Source: a virus (Duplodnaviria > Caudoviricetes). From it: 51,701 nucleotides of DNA. Under the pieces are notes generated by a model. That model was not told the origin of the DNA and did no database searches. It was given only the letters and a program-made list of their open reading frames with translations. Shown here one piece after another: positions 28,655 to 37,384 of this stretch (position 1 is its first letter; each line of letters opens with the position of its first letter). The stretch is taken from the IMG/VR virus record IMGVR_UViG_3300037313_000136, positions 1 to 51,701 of that record; one strand, given 5' to 3'. The position numbers and the translations under genes are program-made.

Positions 28655-29415
28655 TATGGAAAGTTATCCGCAGTTTCACCAGTGGGATCATAATATTTAC
28701 CACCGCCACCGGGACCTGTTCCTGAACCAGCAGGAGGGGTGCCAGTATAAGTGGTGGTTGGAGTTCCATCCACTACACCAAGAGGACCGGGTTGAACCCA
28801 CCCCTGATTTCGAAGATTGTAGTAATGCTCATTGCTCAAAGTATCTGGTTGAGCCTCGTTGTTGAGATTATCAATCACACCAACAAAATCCCGAATTTTT
28901 AGAATCAATCTAATTATGCTTACATTATCTGTATCAGCATCATACTGAATTAGAATAGGGTCAATCACAGGAGAAGCTACAAACAGATAACCCTTTCCTG
29001 ATGCCATTTGCACCGGGTTGTTATCTACATCTGTAGTTGTAGCAAAAGGAGCTACATATGTACTAAGATCAACAGTGAAAGATTTAGGGCTGCCCGTTAT
29101 AGGAACAGCGTCTAAATCAAAGAAGTGCAGTGTTCGTTTTACTTGCATTACTAGGAAATTCACATCGGCATCATTACCGACACTCTTCCAAGCAAATTCA
29201 GAAATAAACTTTGTATCATCAAGATCAGAAAGAGTTGCAGCAACACTAGAAGGTTCGTAATCTAATCCAAGACGACGACTGCGACTGCCTTTAACTTTAA
29301 TTACAGTATTAAGCTCATCAATCGAAGCATTCTCAGGGTAAGTGAGAGGGCCTGCCTCAGTTATGAGGCCCTTAATGAAGCTCTGATAAAGCTTATTCTG
29401 TACTGGTCTTGGCAC
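28654..29415 (-). CDS. Tail tubular protein B / nozzle, N-terminal part
   Basis: FIKGLITEA, PENASIDELN, RSRRLG, IRDF and YNLRNQGW. Confidence 0.78.
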   Translation of the reverse strand: MPRPVQNKLYQSFIKGLITEAGPLTYPENASIDELNTVIKVKGSRSRRLGLDYEPSSVAATLSDLDDTKFISEFAWKSVGNDADVNFLVMQVKRTLHFFDLDAVPITGSPKSFTVDLSTYVAPFATTTDVDNNPVQMASGKGYLFVASPVIDPILIQYDADTDNVSIIRLILKIRDFVGVIDNLNNEAQPDTLSNEHYYNLRNQGWVQPGPLGVVDGTPTTTYTGTPPAGSGTGPGGGGKYYDPTGETADNFP

Positions 29416-29689
29416 TCTTTCCCTTCCGAGGATATTCTCTCTCAGCGATTTCCATAATCATTTTCTTCTTTTCAATCGCAGCTCGGTTCTCATTCACGTA
29501 GGCACTTACTGCCCTCCGAGCTTCCTGAAGAGATGTGAAGATGTGATCGCATAGGGCAGGCTTGTCACCCGACCCATCAATATCAATCCTGTAATAACCC
29601 TGTTCATTAATCTTAATGCAGATGTTCCGACCGCTAACGGTCATTTCATCCGTCTTGTAGCTATCAGCGTTTCCGCGAGTAATCGACAT
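29393..29689 (-). CDS. Hypothetical protein
   Basis: ORF between tail tube A and B genes. Confidence 0.6.
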   Translation of the reverse strand: MSITRGNADSYKTDEMTVSGRNICIKINEQGYYRIDIDGSGDKPALCDHIFTSLQEARRAVSAYVNENRAAIEKKKMIMEIAEREYPRKGKSAKTSTE

Positions 29690-30434
29690 GCGTTAGTACG
29701 CCTTTCTTTTGACCAGATACAGAAACAGGACGACGCTGAGAACGAACTAGCTGTCGTCTTGCACGAGATGCTTCGTTAGAATTAGCAATCTCTTTGATGT
29801 TAATGAAGCAAGCATTCTTTGCTTCTGCTAGCAAGTGAGGAAATTCACTGGCTGGAATAGGAGGAATAAAACTATCCGTCATGCTGAATGTCTTGTACTG
29901 AATAGCCCAAGCCAAAGCATTACTTCCAGTTAGATAGCTTTCATTAGTAGCATCGAAAGCATCGAAAACGATAGACTGAGTATCTTCGAAGATAGTGTAA
30001 TACCTTGGAGCGCGATCATTAGCAATAGGATAAGTAATAGGAGAGGTCGAAAGTAGTTGGACATTTACATTTGACGCCGGATCGGCTTGCTCCACGATAT
30101 TCCTAATGAAGACTTCAGGATCGACATATACGCAGTCAATATAGGTAATGTCGGAAGAAGTATTGCGATAATCTCTGTACTTAATCCACTTAACGAACTG
30201 AACATTAGTTGGCAAAGTCAAAACGTTTGGGGTTGAAGTGCTTCCGGGACTTACAAGGTTAACTAGTCCTTCGAAAGTACCGAAGTCGTGGTTAGTGTAC
30301 AAGTCTCTAAAGGTATTCTGAATTTCATCGGCCACCTGCTGAGACTCCACAGTATCAGTGATGCTGTTCACCTCGTCGGAGTTCATTGCCGACAAGATGT
30401 TCTGAGTCATCTGAAGCAGGGTTAGTTTTTCCAT
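29664..30434 (-). CDS. Tail tubular protein A / adaptor
   Basis: TLLQMTQNILSAMNSDEVNSITDTVESQQVA; synteny after capsid. Confidence 0.8.
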   Translation of the reverse strand: MEKLTLLQMTQNILSAMNSDEVNSITDTVESQQVADEIQNTFRDLYTNHDFGTFEGLVNLVSPGSTSTPNVLTLPTNVQFVKWIKYRDYRNTSSDITYIDCVYVDPEVFIRNIVEQADPASNVNVQLLSTSPITYPIANDRAPRYYTIFEDTQSIVFDAFDATNESYLTGSNALAWAIQYKTFSMTDSFIPPIPASEFPHLLAEAKNACFINIKEIANSNEASRARRQLVRSQRRPVSVSGQKKGVLTHVDYSRKR

Positions 30435-30445
30435 CTATTCCTCGT

Positions 30446-30481
30446 AAAATAAGGTCCGAGAAGCTATTAACCTCTCGGACC
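30446..30481 (-). terminator. Intrinsic terminator after the capsid block
   Basis: GGTCCGAGAG-gttaatag-CTTCTCGGACC followed by TTATTTT. Confidence 0.75.
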
Positions 30482-30486
30482 AGATA

Positions 30487-30660
30487 TTAGTCAATTGGTT
30501 TCTTATACTTGAACCAATAATAGAAGCGAACGCCATACCAAGCCAAACCCGCAATTGCCGTAAGGAAAATTACAATAGGTTGGACGACCGGAATAACTTG
30601 ATTAAGAAAATAAGCGAGGGCTATTCCGGGGCCTGAGGCATCTGCAACATGTTTAAGCAT
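30487..30660 (-). CDS. Small membrane protein (holin-like, 57 aa)
   Basis: GGAGG RBS; hydrophobic segments and a basic C-terminus. Confidence 0.6.
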   Translation of the reverse strand: MLKHVADASGPGIALAYFLNQVIPVVQPIVIFLTAIAGLAWYGVRFYYWFKYKKPID

Positions 30661-30724
30661 CACTCGTCCTCCGTAAGAAGAGGGCAAGCGGTCCCCCACG
30701 AATAGAGAACCGCCTACCATATTG

Positions 30725-31231
30725 TTACGGCTTCAGAGCGATAGCCGGGTCAATGTAACTGATGATGAACTTCAGTTTACCGGCGGTATAAGTACCGACA
30801 GTAGAGGCCGTGATATACGAGTCCTGCGCCAGAGCGGAGAGCGGCACGGTAGCCACTGTACCCGCGTTAATCAGCGCAGTCGCCGAAATCGCTGTACCGT
30901 CAACCTGATACGTACCAAGCGAGTAGCTAGTACCACCAGCCGGAGCAACAATCGTCATCACTTCAATCGAAGTAACTACAGCACCACTCGGAATGAAAGA
31001 GTCAAGACCCTTCTCAAATCCATCCATAGTACCATCGTTGTTGCGGTCAGCGGTGTACATCGTACGCGCAGCACCAGCCAGTTCAACGTTAAGCTCGACT
31101 TGCTTACGCTCGCCAAGGGTGTTAACCGCACCGAGCTTGCCAGCACCGCTGACAGTGTTCTTGCGGCGACCCTGAGACAGACCGAAGCGAACCGGAAGAC
31201 CATCAGAGTTATGCCAAAGCTGTTCTGCCAT
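30725..31231 (-). CDS. Capsid-associated (decoration) protein
   Basis: AAGGAG RBS; directly after MCP; WHNSDGLPVRFG start. Confidence 0.65.
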   Translation of the reverse strand: MAEQLWHNSDGLPVRFGLSQGRRKNTVSGAGKLGAVNTLGERKQVELNVELAGAARTMYTADRNNDGTMDGFEKGLDSFIPSGAVVTSIEVMTIVAPAGGTSYSLGTYQVDGTAISATALINAGTVATVPLSALAQDSYITASTVGTYTAGKLKFIISYIDPAIALKP

Positions 31232-31244
31232 GTTATATTACTCC

Positions 31245-32222
31245 TTAGGCGATCACGTTGGGGGAACTGAGAACAGTAATGAAGTTCTCAGGGCGGAAAA
31301 GCTTCAGACCGTAACGGCAAGTCGTAACGTACTCTTCACGCTGGAAGTCCTTGTTGAACTCGCTGTCAACCTTCGGATGCTGAGCAAACGCGCCGACAAA
31401 CGGAACCACAGACTGGTCACACGAGAAGAAGAGGTTAGCAACTGCGTTGGTACCCGAGGCAACCGAGTTAATCGTCTCGCCAGCCGCAATAACGGGCAGG
31501 TAGTTCGAAACGTAAATATCGAAGCCATAGATATTACGCGAGAAGCGCATTCCCGAAGCAATACCCGTCTGGATAATACCGTCCCACATGGGGTTGTACG
31601 AAACAGAAAGAGTGTCACTCAGAGTGTTGAAGTGGTACTCGACCGAAGGATCAACAATGGCGCAGAGATTACGCTGGGGAACGTTTGCCCTCTTGAGAGA
31701 GAAAAGTGCCTGAGCGAAATCCTTGAAACCAAGGGTCTTGTTCGAGTTCGCCGTATCCGAACCAACCCAACGGTGGTTTGCACCATTGATCGGGTTAAGC
31801 GAAGAGGCCGTTTGGCCATTCGCCGTACCGGGCTGACCACAATTCAGAATGTCTCCTTCGAGACGAACTGAAATGGCACGAGCCTGCTTCGGAACAAAGG
31901 ACGCCTCAACACGGGCAGCATACATACTGTCCTGACGTTCCTTAACGGTGATATACGTGGCCGACGAGAGGTATTCCGTGATCGTGAACTGGAAGTTACC
32001 GGATGCCAGTGCAGTGTACTGGACCGGAGTATCCTCCGCGTAGTCGTTCACATCGAGATCACCAATCGACGGGATATTAAGCGTAGCGCCAGTATCCGGC
32101 ATCTGAATCCAGTCAACGTACTGCTGAGCATTAAGCTCGTCCAGTAGCACGTCCTTAAGCTGGTTAGACCAGACATTAGAACGGATCAGAAGCGGAGTAA
32201 CGCCAGTGGTAACACCAGCCAT
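31245..32222 (-). CDS. Major capsid protein
   Basis: 325 aa after the scaffold; LNIPSIG, IYGFDIYVSN and RYGLKLFRPE. Confidence 0.88.
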   Translation of the reverse strand: MAGVTTGVTPLLIRSNVWSNQLKDVLLDELNAQQYVDWIQMPDTGATLNIPSIGDLDVNDYAEDTPVQYTALASGNFQFTITEYLSSATYITVKERQDSMYAARVEASFVPKQARAISVRLEGDILNCGQPGTANGQTASSLNPINGANHRWVGSDTANSNKTLGFKDFAQALFSLKRANVPQRNLCAIVDPSVEYHFNTLSDTLSVSYNPMWDGIIQTGIASGMRFSRNIYGFDIYVSNYLPVIAAGETINSVASGTNAVANLFFSCDQSVVPFVGAFAQHPKVDSEFNKDFQREEYVTTCRYGLKLFRPENFITVLSSPNVIA

Positions 32223-32244
32223 TAGTAATTAACTCCTAGTAAAG

Positions 32245-32976
32245 TTAGTTGAAGAACGCTTCACCCATTTCCTGAGCCGCTTTGTGCATTGCAGCCTGCG
32301 TCTTAGGATTCCAATAAAGCTTAGCGTCAGATTTACGAATCTGCTCGAAATACGCATAAGTATTGGGCTTAGGGGCACCAGTATTCATATTATGCGGATT
32401 AACGTCAGAGCTAGGAGCGGGAGTCGAGTTGCTCGTCGGCTTACTATCAGCATCAATGCCCATCGTAGTTAGAAAAGCTTTAGGGGACTTTGCTGCCAGT
32501 TCCTTCATGTCCGAGGGCTGAAGCCCAAGTTCACGAGCCTTTGCAACAACGGCCTCCGCCGCCTTAGTAACATCGCCAAGTCGTTCGACTAGAACTTCCT
32601 GTACGAGATTGGCATTGCCCTGAAGTCGCTTAAGAGTATCTCTCTCTTCCAACGCCTTAGCAATTCGCGTGTCAAGGTCTTCAGCCGGATCACTAGCAGG
32701 AGCCACAGGAGCGAGGTTCTGATTGCCCCCTGTCTCGGTAACTGGTTTAGGCGGTTCTTGATTACGCTGTTCTGCAAGTTTCTTCAGCTCATCGCTGATA
32801 AACTCGCGGGTGCTCTGTAGGTCAGTACGAAGTTCATCAATGTGATTATTAGCATTGGCATAAGCCTTAGCTAGTTCATCAACAGACTTGAACTTCTTGC
32901 CCTCGCCTACGAGCTGTTCGAGAGCATTATCATCCGATGGGGTCACACCGTCATTATTAAAAATATCATCGGCCAT
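32245..32976 (-). CDS. Capsid scaffolding protein
   Basis: LVGEGKKFKSVDELAK; coiled and acidic; upstream of MCP. Confidence 0.8.
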   Translation of the reverse strand: MADDIFNNDGVTPSDDNALEQLVGEGKKFKSVDELAKAYANANNHIDELRTDLQSTREFISDELKKLAEQRNQEPPKPVTETGGNQNLAPVAPASDPAEDLDTRIAKALEERDTLKRLQGNANLVQEVLVERLGDVTKAAEAVVAKARELGLQPSDMKELAAKSPKAFLTTMGIDADSKPTSNSTPAPSSDVNPHNMNTGAPKPNTYAYFEQIRKSDAKLYWNPKTQAAMHKAAQEMGEAFFN

Positions 32977-32996
32977 TGGTCATGGTCCTTTTCTAG

Positions 32997-33260
32997 TTAG
33001 GGTTTGGATTGGTCATCCTTAGGAGTACAAAGCATTGCGATTTGTCGCATCGCCTTGCGGTACCCTAACCAGTGAGCTTGTTTCATAGCCCAGTTAGGGT
33101 TTTCGAAGTCAGTGTCACTTACTTCTGAACTCTTACACATATTATAACATATTTCTGCGAGTTTGTCAAGTAGTTTTTGATTTCCTTCCAACAAACCGAG
33201 AAATTGCATCTTCTCGGGATTGCTTAGCCCTGTGGTCCAGTGGGGGTCGTACTTGATGAT
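32997..33260 (-). CDS. Hypothetical protein between portal and scaffold, probable ATC start
   Basis: AAGGAG 7 nt before an in-frame ATC at 33260; ATG 33209 lacks an RBS. Confidence 0.65.
   Translation of the reverse strand: MIKYDPHWTTGLSNPEKMQFLGLLEGNQKLLDKLAEICYNMCKSSEVSDTDFENPNWAMKQAHWLGYRKAMRQIAMLCTPKDDQSKP
33141..33169 (-). promoter_or_regulatory. Consensus sigma70 promoter for scaffold/capsid genes
   Basis: TTGACA-aactcgcagaaatatgt(17)-TATAAT. Confidence 0.85.
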
Positions 33261-35092
33261 GACGGTGCTCCTTTACTCGCGTTACTCTGAGGATTAAGCG
33301 GGGATGGCATTCCCATTGGAGCATCTGGTGCCTCAGTAGGTTGTGTACCCGCAGCTTGGTTCTCAGCTCCAAGCATTTGCTGAATTGACTCCTTAAGTCG
33401 CTGTGTCTCAGCCATTTCAAGAAGACGGACATTATCACCGTAAATGCCCATACGTTCCCAACCAAGAAGTCTCTCCATAATCTCGGCAATCTTCTTGCCA
33501 GATAGGTGAACTTGAACTGCCGGGTCTTGTCCTATAGCGGAATTGTATAGTTGAGTGAGATTCTGAACGAGGGTCGCATATTGCGCGAAGTGCCGCGCTC
33601 CCACGGGTCTAATCTTCCCATTAGCGGATAGGTCTTCTTTACTGATTGACTGAAAGAGGACTGCACCACTGGCGTCATCAAGCACTCTGATGAGGTCGTT
33701 CTCATTGAGGTTACGTCGAGAAAGCTCAAGCATATCGTTAAGAAGAGGTTCAAGAAATACTTCCTCGAAATAAGATGTTTTGTTTAAGAAGATACGATTA
33801 GCCCCATTTTCAAGTATCTGTACCTCGTATGCCGTTTTCTCACCGGGAGTGCGGAAGCCCATAGCTTGTTTGGGAGCACCAGCCATTTCTTCCATCTTGG
33901 CTTCAATCTGAGCTACCTGCGTATCAGCAGACAACATGGTAACATCAGGAGCCATGAAGGCTGCATCACCTTCATCACCCACGATAATCTCAGCTCCGGG
34001 ACCATACTCAAATGGTTCACAGAAACCTTTAATCTTGATTACTGGATGGATGATGAGGTCGTAAGCGTCAGACTTTGCGTTTTCAAGGTGGTCAATACGG
34101 TACTGCATTCCAACAAGGTTTTCGAGTGGTCCCATCGCGTAGAGGTTATCGGGACGCTGACGCCAACCACAGTGACGGATCGGGGGCACACCCAACCAAG
34201 AGTCATCATTCTTATTCCTTACAATCCAGTGGCGATCCACCACAGTAATTAGATGGTCGCGGTACAGTTTACCAGTTTCGTGATCGTACAGGTCCCCATA
34301 AAAATCAAGAACCTCTACGTACGAACTGCCAAAGTAATTAACCCAACTAGTAAAACCGTCAACAGAAAAAGCCTCATTCTTGCTAAAGTCACCTTCAGCA
34401 TAGTTGCCCATCTTCTGACGGGCCTCCTGCATTTTATCAATACCTTCTTTTAGGTATGCGAGTTCCGGCCTTTCTTCAATTTCTGAAAGGAATGTCCCGA
34501 TGTTTTTGACCGTGCGGATGATTTTAGGACTCGCTTCAAAGGCTGCCGCCGTTGGGTCAAAAACGAGGTCAAACGGACTGATCCTTTGGAGTGAAGGACC
34601 GATGTAGGTCGGATATTTCTCTCCTGTATTTTTATCTGTTTTATAATCAGCAATAAACACTGGCATGGCAAACACATTGCCAAAGTCAATGAAATCATAC
34701 AGAAGGTCTGAAACAGTCGTGCGAAACTTAGATTGTCGCATCTTATTCTGCATGTAGTTCTCAATCGTTTCACGTTTAGCTTTCGATTGAGCATCTTCAT
34801 CATCACCTTCCCACACAATAGCATATTCCTGAGGAAACAGGGCTGCCATATAGTTGGCGTGAAGGTTATCTCTGATTTGACAGAGCTTTGGGATATGTAC
34901 GCTATTCTTCCAAGGAAGATTCGCATTGGTGGTTGTACGTGTGCTTGTAGCAAACACGTATTCCCTAATCTCTTTAACAGTAGCAAGCCAAGCATTTCGA
35001 TAGCTTTGCCACTCTTGATACTTATTAGCGATTTGACTGGCTAGCTTTTCTGGCTGACCAATTACATCGCAAAGTTCTAATGTTTGTGCCAA
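33224..35092 (-). CDS. Portal protein
   Basis: 622 aa after terminase; PKLCQIRDNLHANY and GFRTPGEKTAYEV. Confidence 0.88.
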   Translation of the reverse strand: MAQTLELCDVIGQPEKLASQIANKYQEWQSYRNAWLATVKEIREYVFATSTRTTTNANLPWKNSVHIPKLCQIRDNLHANYMAALFPQEYAIVWEGDDEDAQSKAKRETIENYMQNKMRQSKFRTTVSDLLYDFIDFGNVFAMPVFIADYKTDKNTGEKYPTYIGPSLQRISPFDLVFDPTAAAFEASPKIIRTVKNIGTFLSEIEERPELAYLKEGIDKMQEARQKMGNYAEGDFSKNEAFSVDGFTSWVNYFGSSYVEVLDFYGDLYDHETGKLYRDHLITVVDRHWIVRNKNDDSWLGVPPIRHCGWRQRPDNLYAMGPLENLVGMQYRIDHLENAKSDAYDLIIHPVIKIKGFCEPFEYGPGAEIIVGDEGDAAFMAPDVTMLSADTQVAQIEAKMEEMAGAPKQAMGFRTPGEKTAYEVQILENGANRIFLNKTSYFEEVFLEPLLNDMLELSRRNLNENDLIRVLDDASGAVLFQSISKEDLSANGKIRPVGARHFAQYATLVQNLTQLYNSAIGQDPAVQVHLSGKKIAEIMERLLGWERMGIYGDNVRLLEMAETQRLKESIQQMLGAENQAAGTQPTEAPDAPMGMPSPLNPQSNASKGAPSSSSTTPTGPQG

Positions 35093-35096
35093 TTGA

Positions 35097-35330
35097 TTAA
35101 TCCATGCTGTTCATAAGATAAGTTCGAGCACGTTCTAGTGCATAAGACCAGAACATCGCGTCTCCGTTACTTGCACGATAGGCGAAACCTGCATCGGTAA
35201 CTCCAATCAGAAATACTTCACGATAATGGCCAAGGTTGTTGGCAAGGACACTATCAGCAGTTAGAGTCAAATCTTCAAAGTAAATATTTTCATCTTCTAC
35301 TGAAGGCAGTGGGAGTTCCAGTTGTTCCAT
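35097..35330 (-). CDS. Hypothetical protein
   Basis: 77-aa ORF between terminase and portal. Confidence 0.6.
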   Translation of the reverse strand: MEQLELPLPSVEDENIYFEDLTLTADSVLANNLGHYREVFLIGVTDAGFAYRASNGDAMFWSYALERARTYLMNSMD

Positions 35331-35331
35331 A

Positions 35332-36900
35332 TTAAAAAGACATTCCCCCGAACTTAGGGTGATACAACACATTATCACGCGAGGTTGTCCTATCGCGGCC
35401 TACAATACCCATAGGCGGAATAGCAATGCTAACAGCGGCGGCTAAGGCGTCTTTGCAGTCATCGTGCGGAGGATGCTGCTGTACAAGCTCATCTTCCAAG
35501 GTCTGACAGTGACCGCCTTTGAAATGCCACATGGCCATCATATCGTAGCGAGGTTCCAAAATAGCGCCAATACGTTCTTCCTTGGAGCCTTGTTTACTTG
35601 TGTGTTTTAGTTCCTCAACGCTAATGTACAATCCGTTGGGCCTGAAGTAAGAATCTTTGAGATCATTGACAATAGCCTTTTGGAAAGCGGTGATCTCTGC
35701 ACCAAGCTTTCTAAATCCCCATTTGGTATGGAGGTCCAAGATATGTTTGTAGTAATCACTAATCTTATCCGTTCTAAACCTGTCAACGTCTAGGACGTAG
35801 ATGTTCCTATCTCTGTCAATGCCGATGACAACAATGGCCGTGTAATCGGAGCGATTCCCCGTGCTAGTAGCAAAGTCCACGCTAGCGTAAAGATTGAGTT
35901 TGTGTCCATTTAAGAACCAACTTCCGTTCTCATAGGAAAGGTGCTTTGGAGAATAATACTGAAATTTGTCCCGACTAATTCCAATTCCGTCACCACTGTT
36001 GGGATCATTGTAGTACTGTGCTCGAAATTGAGTACGATCAATGTATTTCGCACGCTTACGAGCCAAGATTTGAGCATCGAAGCCAAACCATTTACCATCG
36101 GAACGTTGCTGCCGTGGCCAAAGGAACATTCCTGTTCCATCTCCAATATCTTCGACTTGTCGTTCGAAGATGGAATAAACGTTCTCGAAGTCAAGTACTT
36201 CTCCTTGGTCGCCATAAACCTCATGCCTCATATCAAGCATCTGAGAATAGAGGTCCTTGGGGTGGTATCTAGTTCCTACAACCCACTCTTCCATATCGCT
36301 GCCTTCGATGGACGAAAGCAACGAATACTGGCGGTTTACAGTTTCTCGTCCTTCTTCGGTGTACGCGTTTTCGGGTACCACCACGTCATCGAGGACTGCA
36401 ACATCGCAGTGGAGTCCTGTGAGTCCAGTCGTGAGGCCTCCCGTAAATACTGTAGGGTCACGAATAGCCTCAGCTTTTCGCTTGGGGTGATCGACTGCAA
36501 TTTCTGATTTAGTCCAGAGTTCCCTATCGTTTTCATTTTGAAGAACCATTTCTGGCCAGTACCTACGGTAAATAGGACTGAGCAAGATTTGCTTGATAAA
36601 GTGAAGCTGCTTCTGTGCAAGATTGCTGGTAGCTGAGATGTACAGAATACGTACTTCGGGCTGTCTGGTAATTCGCCACGCAACCTTAAAGGCAATCATA
36701 CGAGACTTGCCGTGGTCACGAGGCAGAAGAGTTAGTTGGTGATTGCTAGTAGCCTGTGAGGTTGCCCAACGACACCACTCTTGATGAATAGACCCTAAGA
36801 CTTGGTAAGGGGCTACGAGACGAATAAACGTCTCTAGGTCAGCCTCAGCGGCCTCCCTTACGTCCTTTAGTCTTGGGTCCACTCTTCTTTCCTTTACCAT
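35332..36900 (-). CDS. terL: Terminase large subunit
   Basis: Walker A LPRDHGKS, Walker B VAVLDD, VGTRY, nuclease VDFA and HDDCKDALA. Confidence 0.93.
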   Translation of the reverse strand: MVKERRVDPRLKDVREAAEADLETFIRLVAPYQVLGSIHQEWCRWATSQATSNHQLTLLPRDHGKSRMIAFKVAWRITRQPEVRILYISATSNLAQKQLHFIKQILLSPIYRRYWPEMVLQNENDRELWTKSEIAVDHPKRKAEAIRDPTVFTGGLTTGLTGLHCDVAVLDDVVVPENAYTEEGRETVNRQYSLLSSIEGSDMEEWVVGTRYHPKDLYSQMLDMRHEVYGDQGEVLDFENVYSIFERQVEDIGDGTGMFLWPRQQRSDGKWFGFDAQILARKRAKYIDRTQFRAQYYNDPNSGDGIGISRDKFQYYSPKHLSYENGSWFLNGHKLNLYASVDFATSTGNRSDYTAIVVIGIDRDRNIYVLDVDRFRTDKISDYYKHILDLHTKWGFRKLGAEITAFQKAIVNDLKDSYFRPNGLYISVEELKHTSKQGSKEERIGAILEPRYDMMAMWHFKGGHCQTLEDELVQQHPPHDDCKDALAAAVSIAIPPMGIVGRDRTTSRDNVLYHPKFGGMSF

Positions 36901-37096
36901 AATTGAAGTTGAGAGCTATCTGAGCCTCTCGCCCTTCTTTTCCACCAGCTTGAGCAGCTTTACGCAAACGAGCAGCACCAATTTTCTGATTAGGCGGAAT
37001 TCCTAATCTTTTGTGTAGAGTTCCTTTCTTACCAAAAGCCTTCTTAATCTGGCTGTTGGTAAGATGCCTATTAGGGCCTTTAGTTGGATAAGCCAT
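36845..37096 (-). CDS. Small basic protein
   Basis: KKGTLHKRLGIP; Lys/Arg-rich. Confidence 0.7.
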   Translation of the reverse strand: MAYPTKGPNRHLTNSQIKKAFGKKGTLHKRLGIPPNQKIGAARLRKAAQAGGKEGREAQIALNFNYGKGKKSGPKTKGRKGGR

Positions 37097-37099
37097 TTA

Positions 37100-37384
37100 T
37101 TATTCCCACGGATGAAGTTTGTGAGCTTTCTTTGTACGCTTGTAAGAACGGTTCTGTCTCTTGGTGCCCATTTTGAAGTTACTCAACTTGTCATCAAGAG
37201 CATTACCGTTCTTGTGCATAACATCTTTACCGTCGCCCTTGCGCGCTTTCCCCGCCTTAATCATCATGCGGCGGGCTTTATTACGACTGGCTCGTTTCTT
37301 CTTCTGAAGAGGTTTCGAGTTGTATTTAGCCTGAGCACGTTGACGAGCAAGAGTGTTCTTTTCGCTATTAGGTCCTGTAGCCAT
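37100..37384 (-). CDS. Small basic HNH-like protein next to terminase
   Basis: KGDGKDVMHKNGN...SN...NRS. Confidence 0.65.
   Translation of the reverse strand: MATGPNSEKNTLARQRAQAKYNSKPLQKKKRASRNKARRMMIKAGKARKGDGKDVMHKNGNALDDKLSNFKMGTKRQNRSYKRTKKAHKLHPWE

Noticed and set aside
31230-31871. Long antisense ORFs opposite capsid and other genes (also 22591-23214, 38072-38692)
   Set aside because: Shadow frames of well-supported genes with no RBS or motifs
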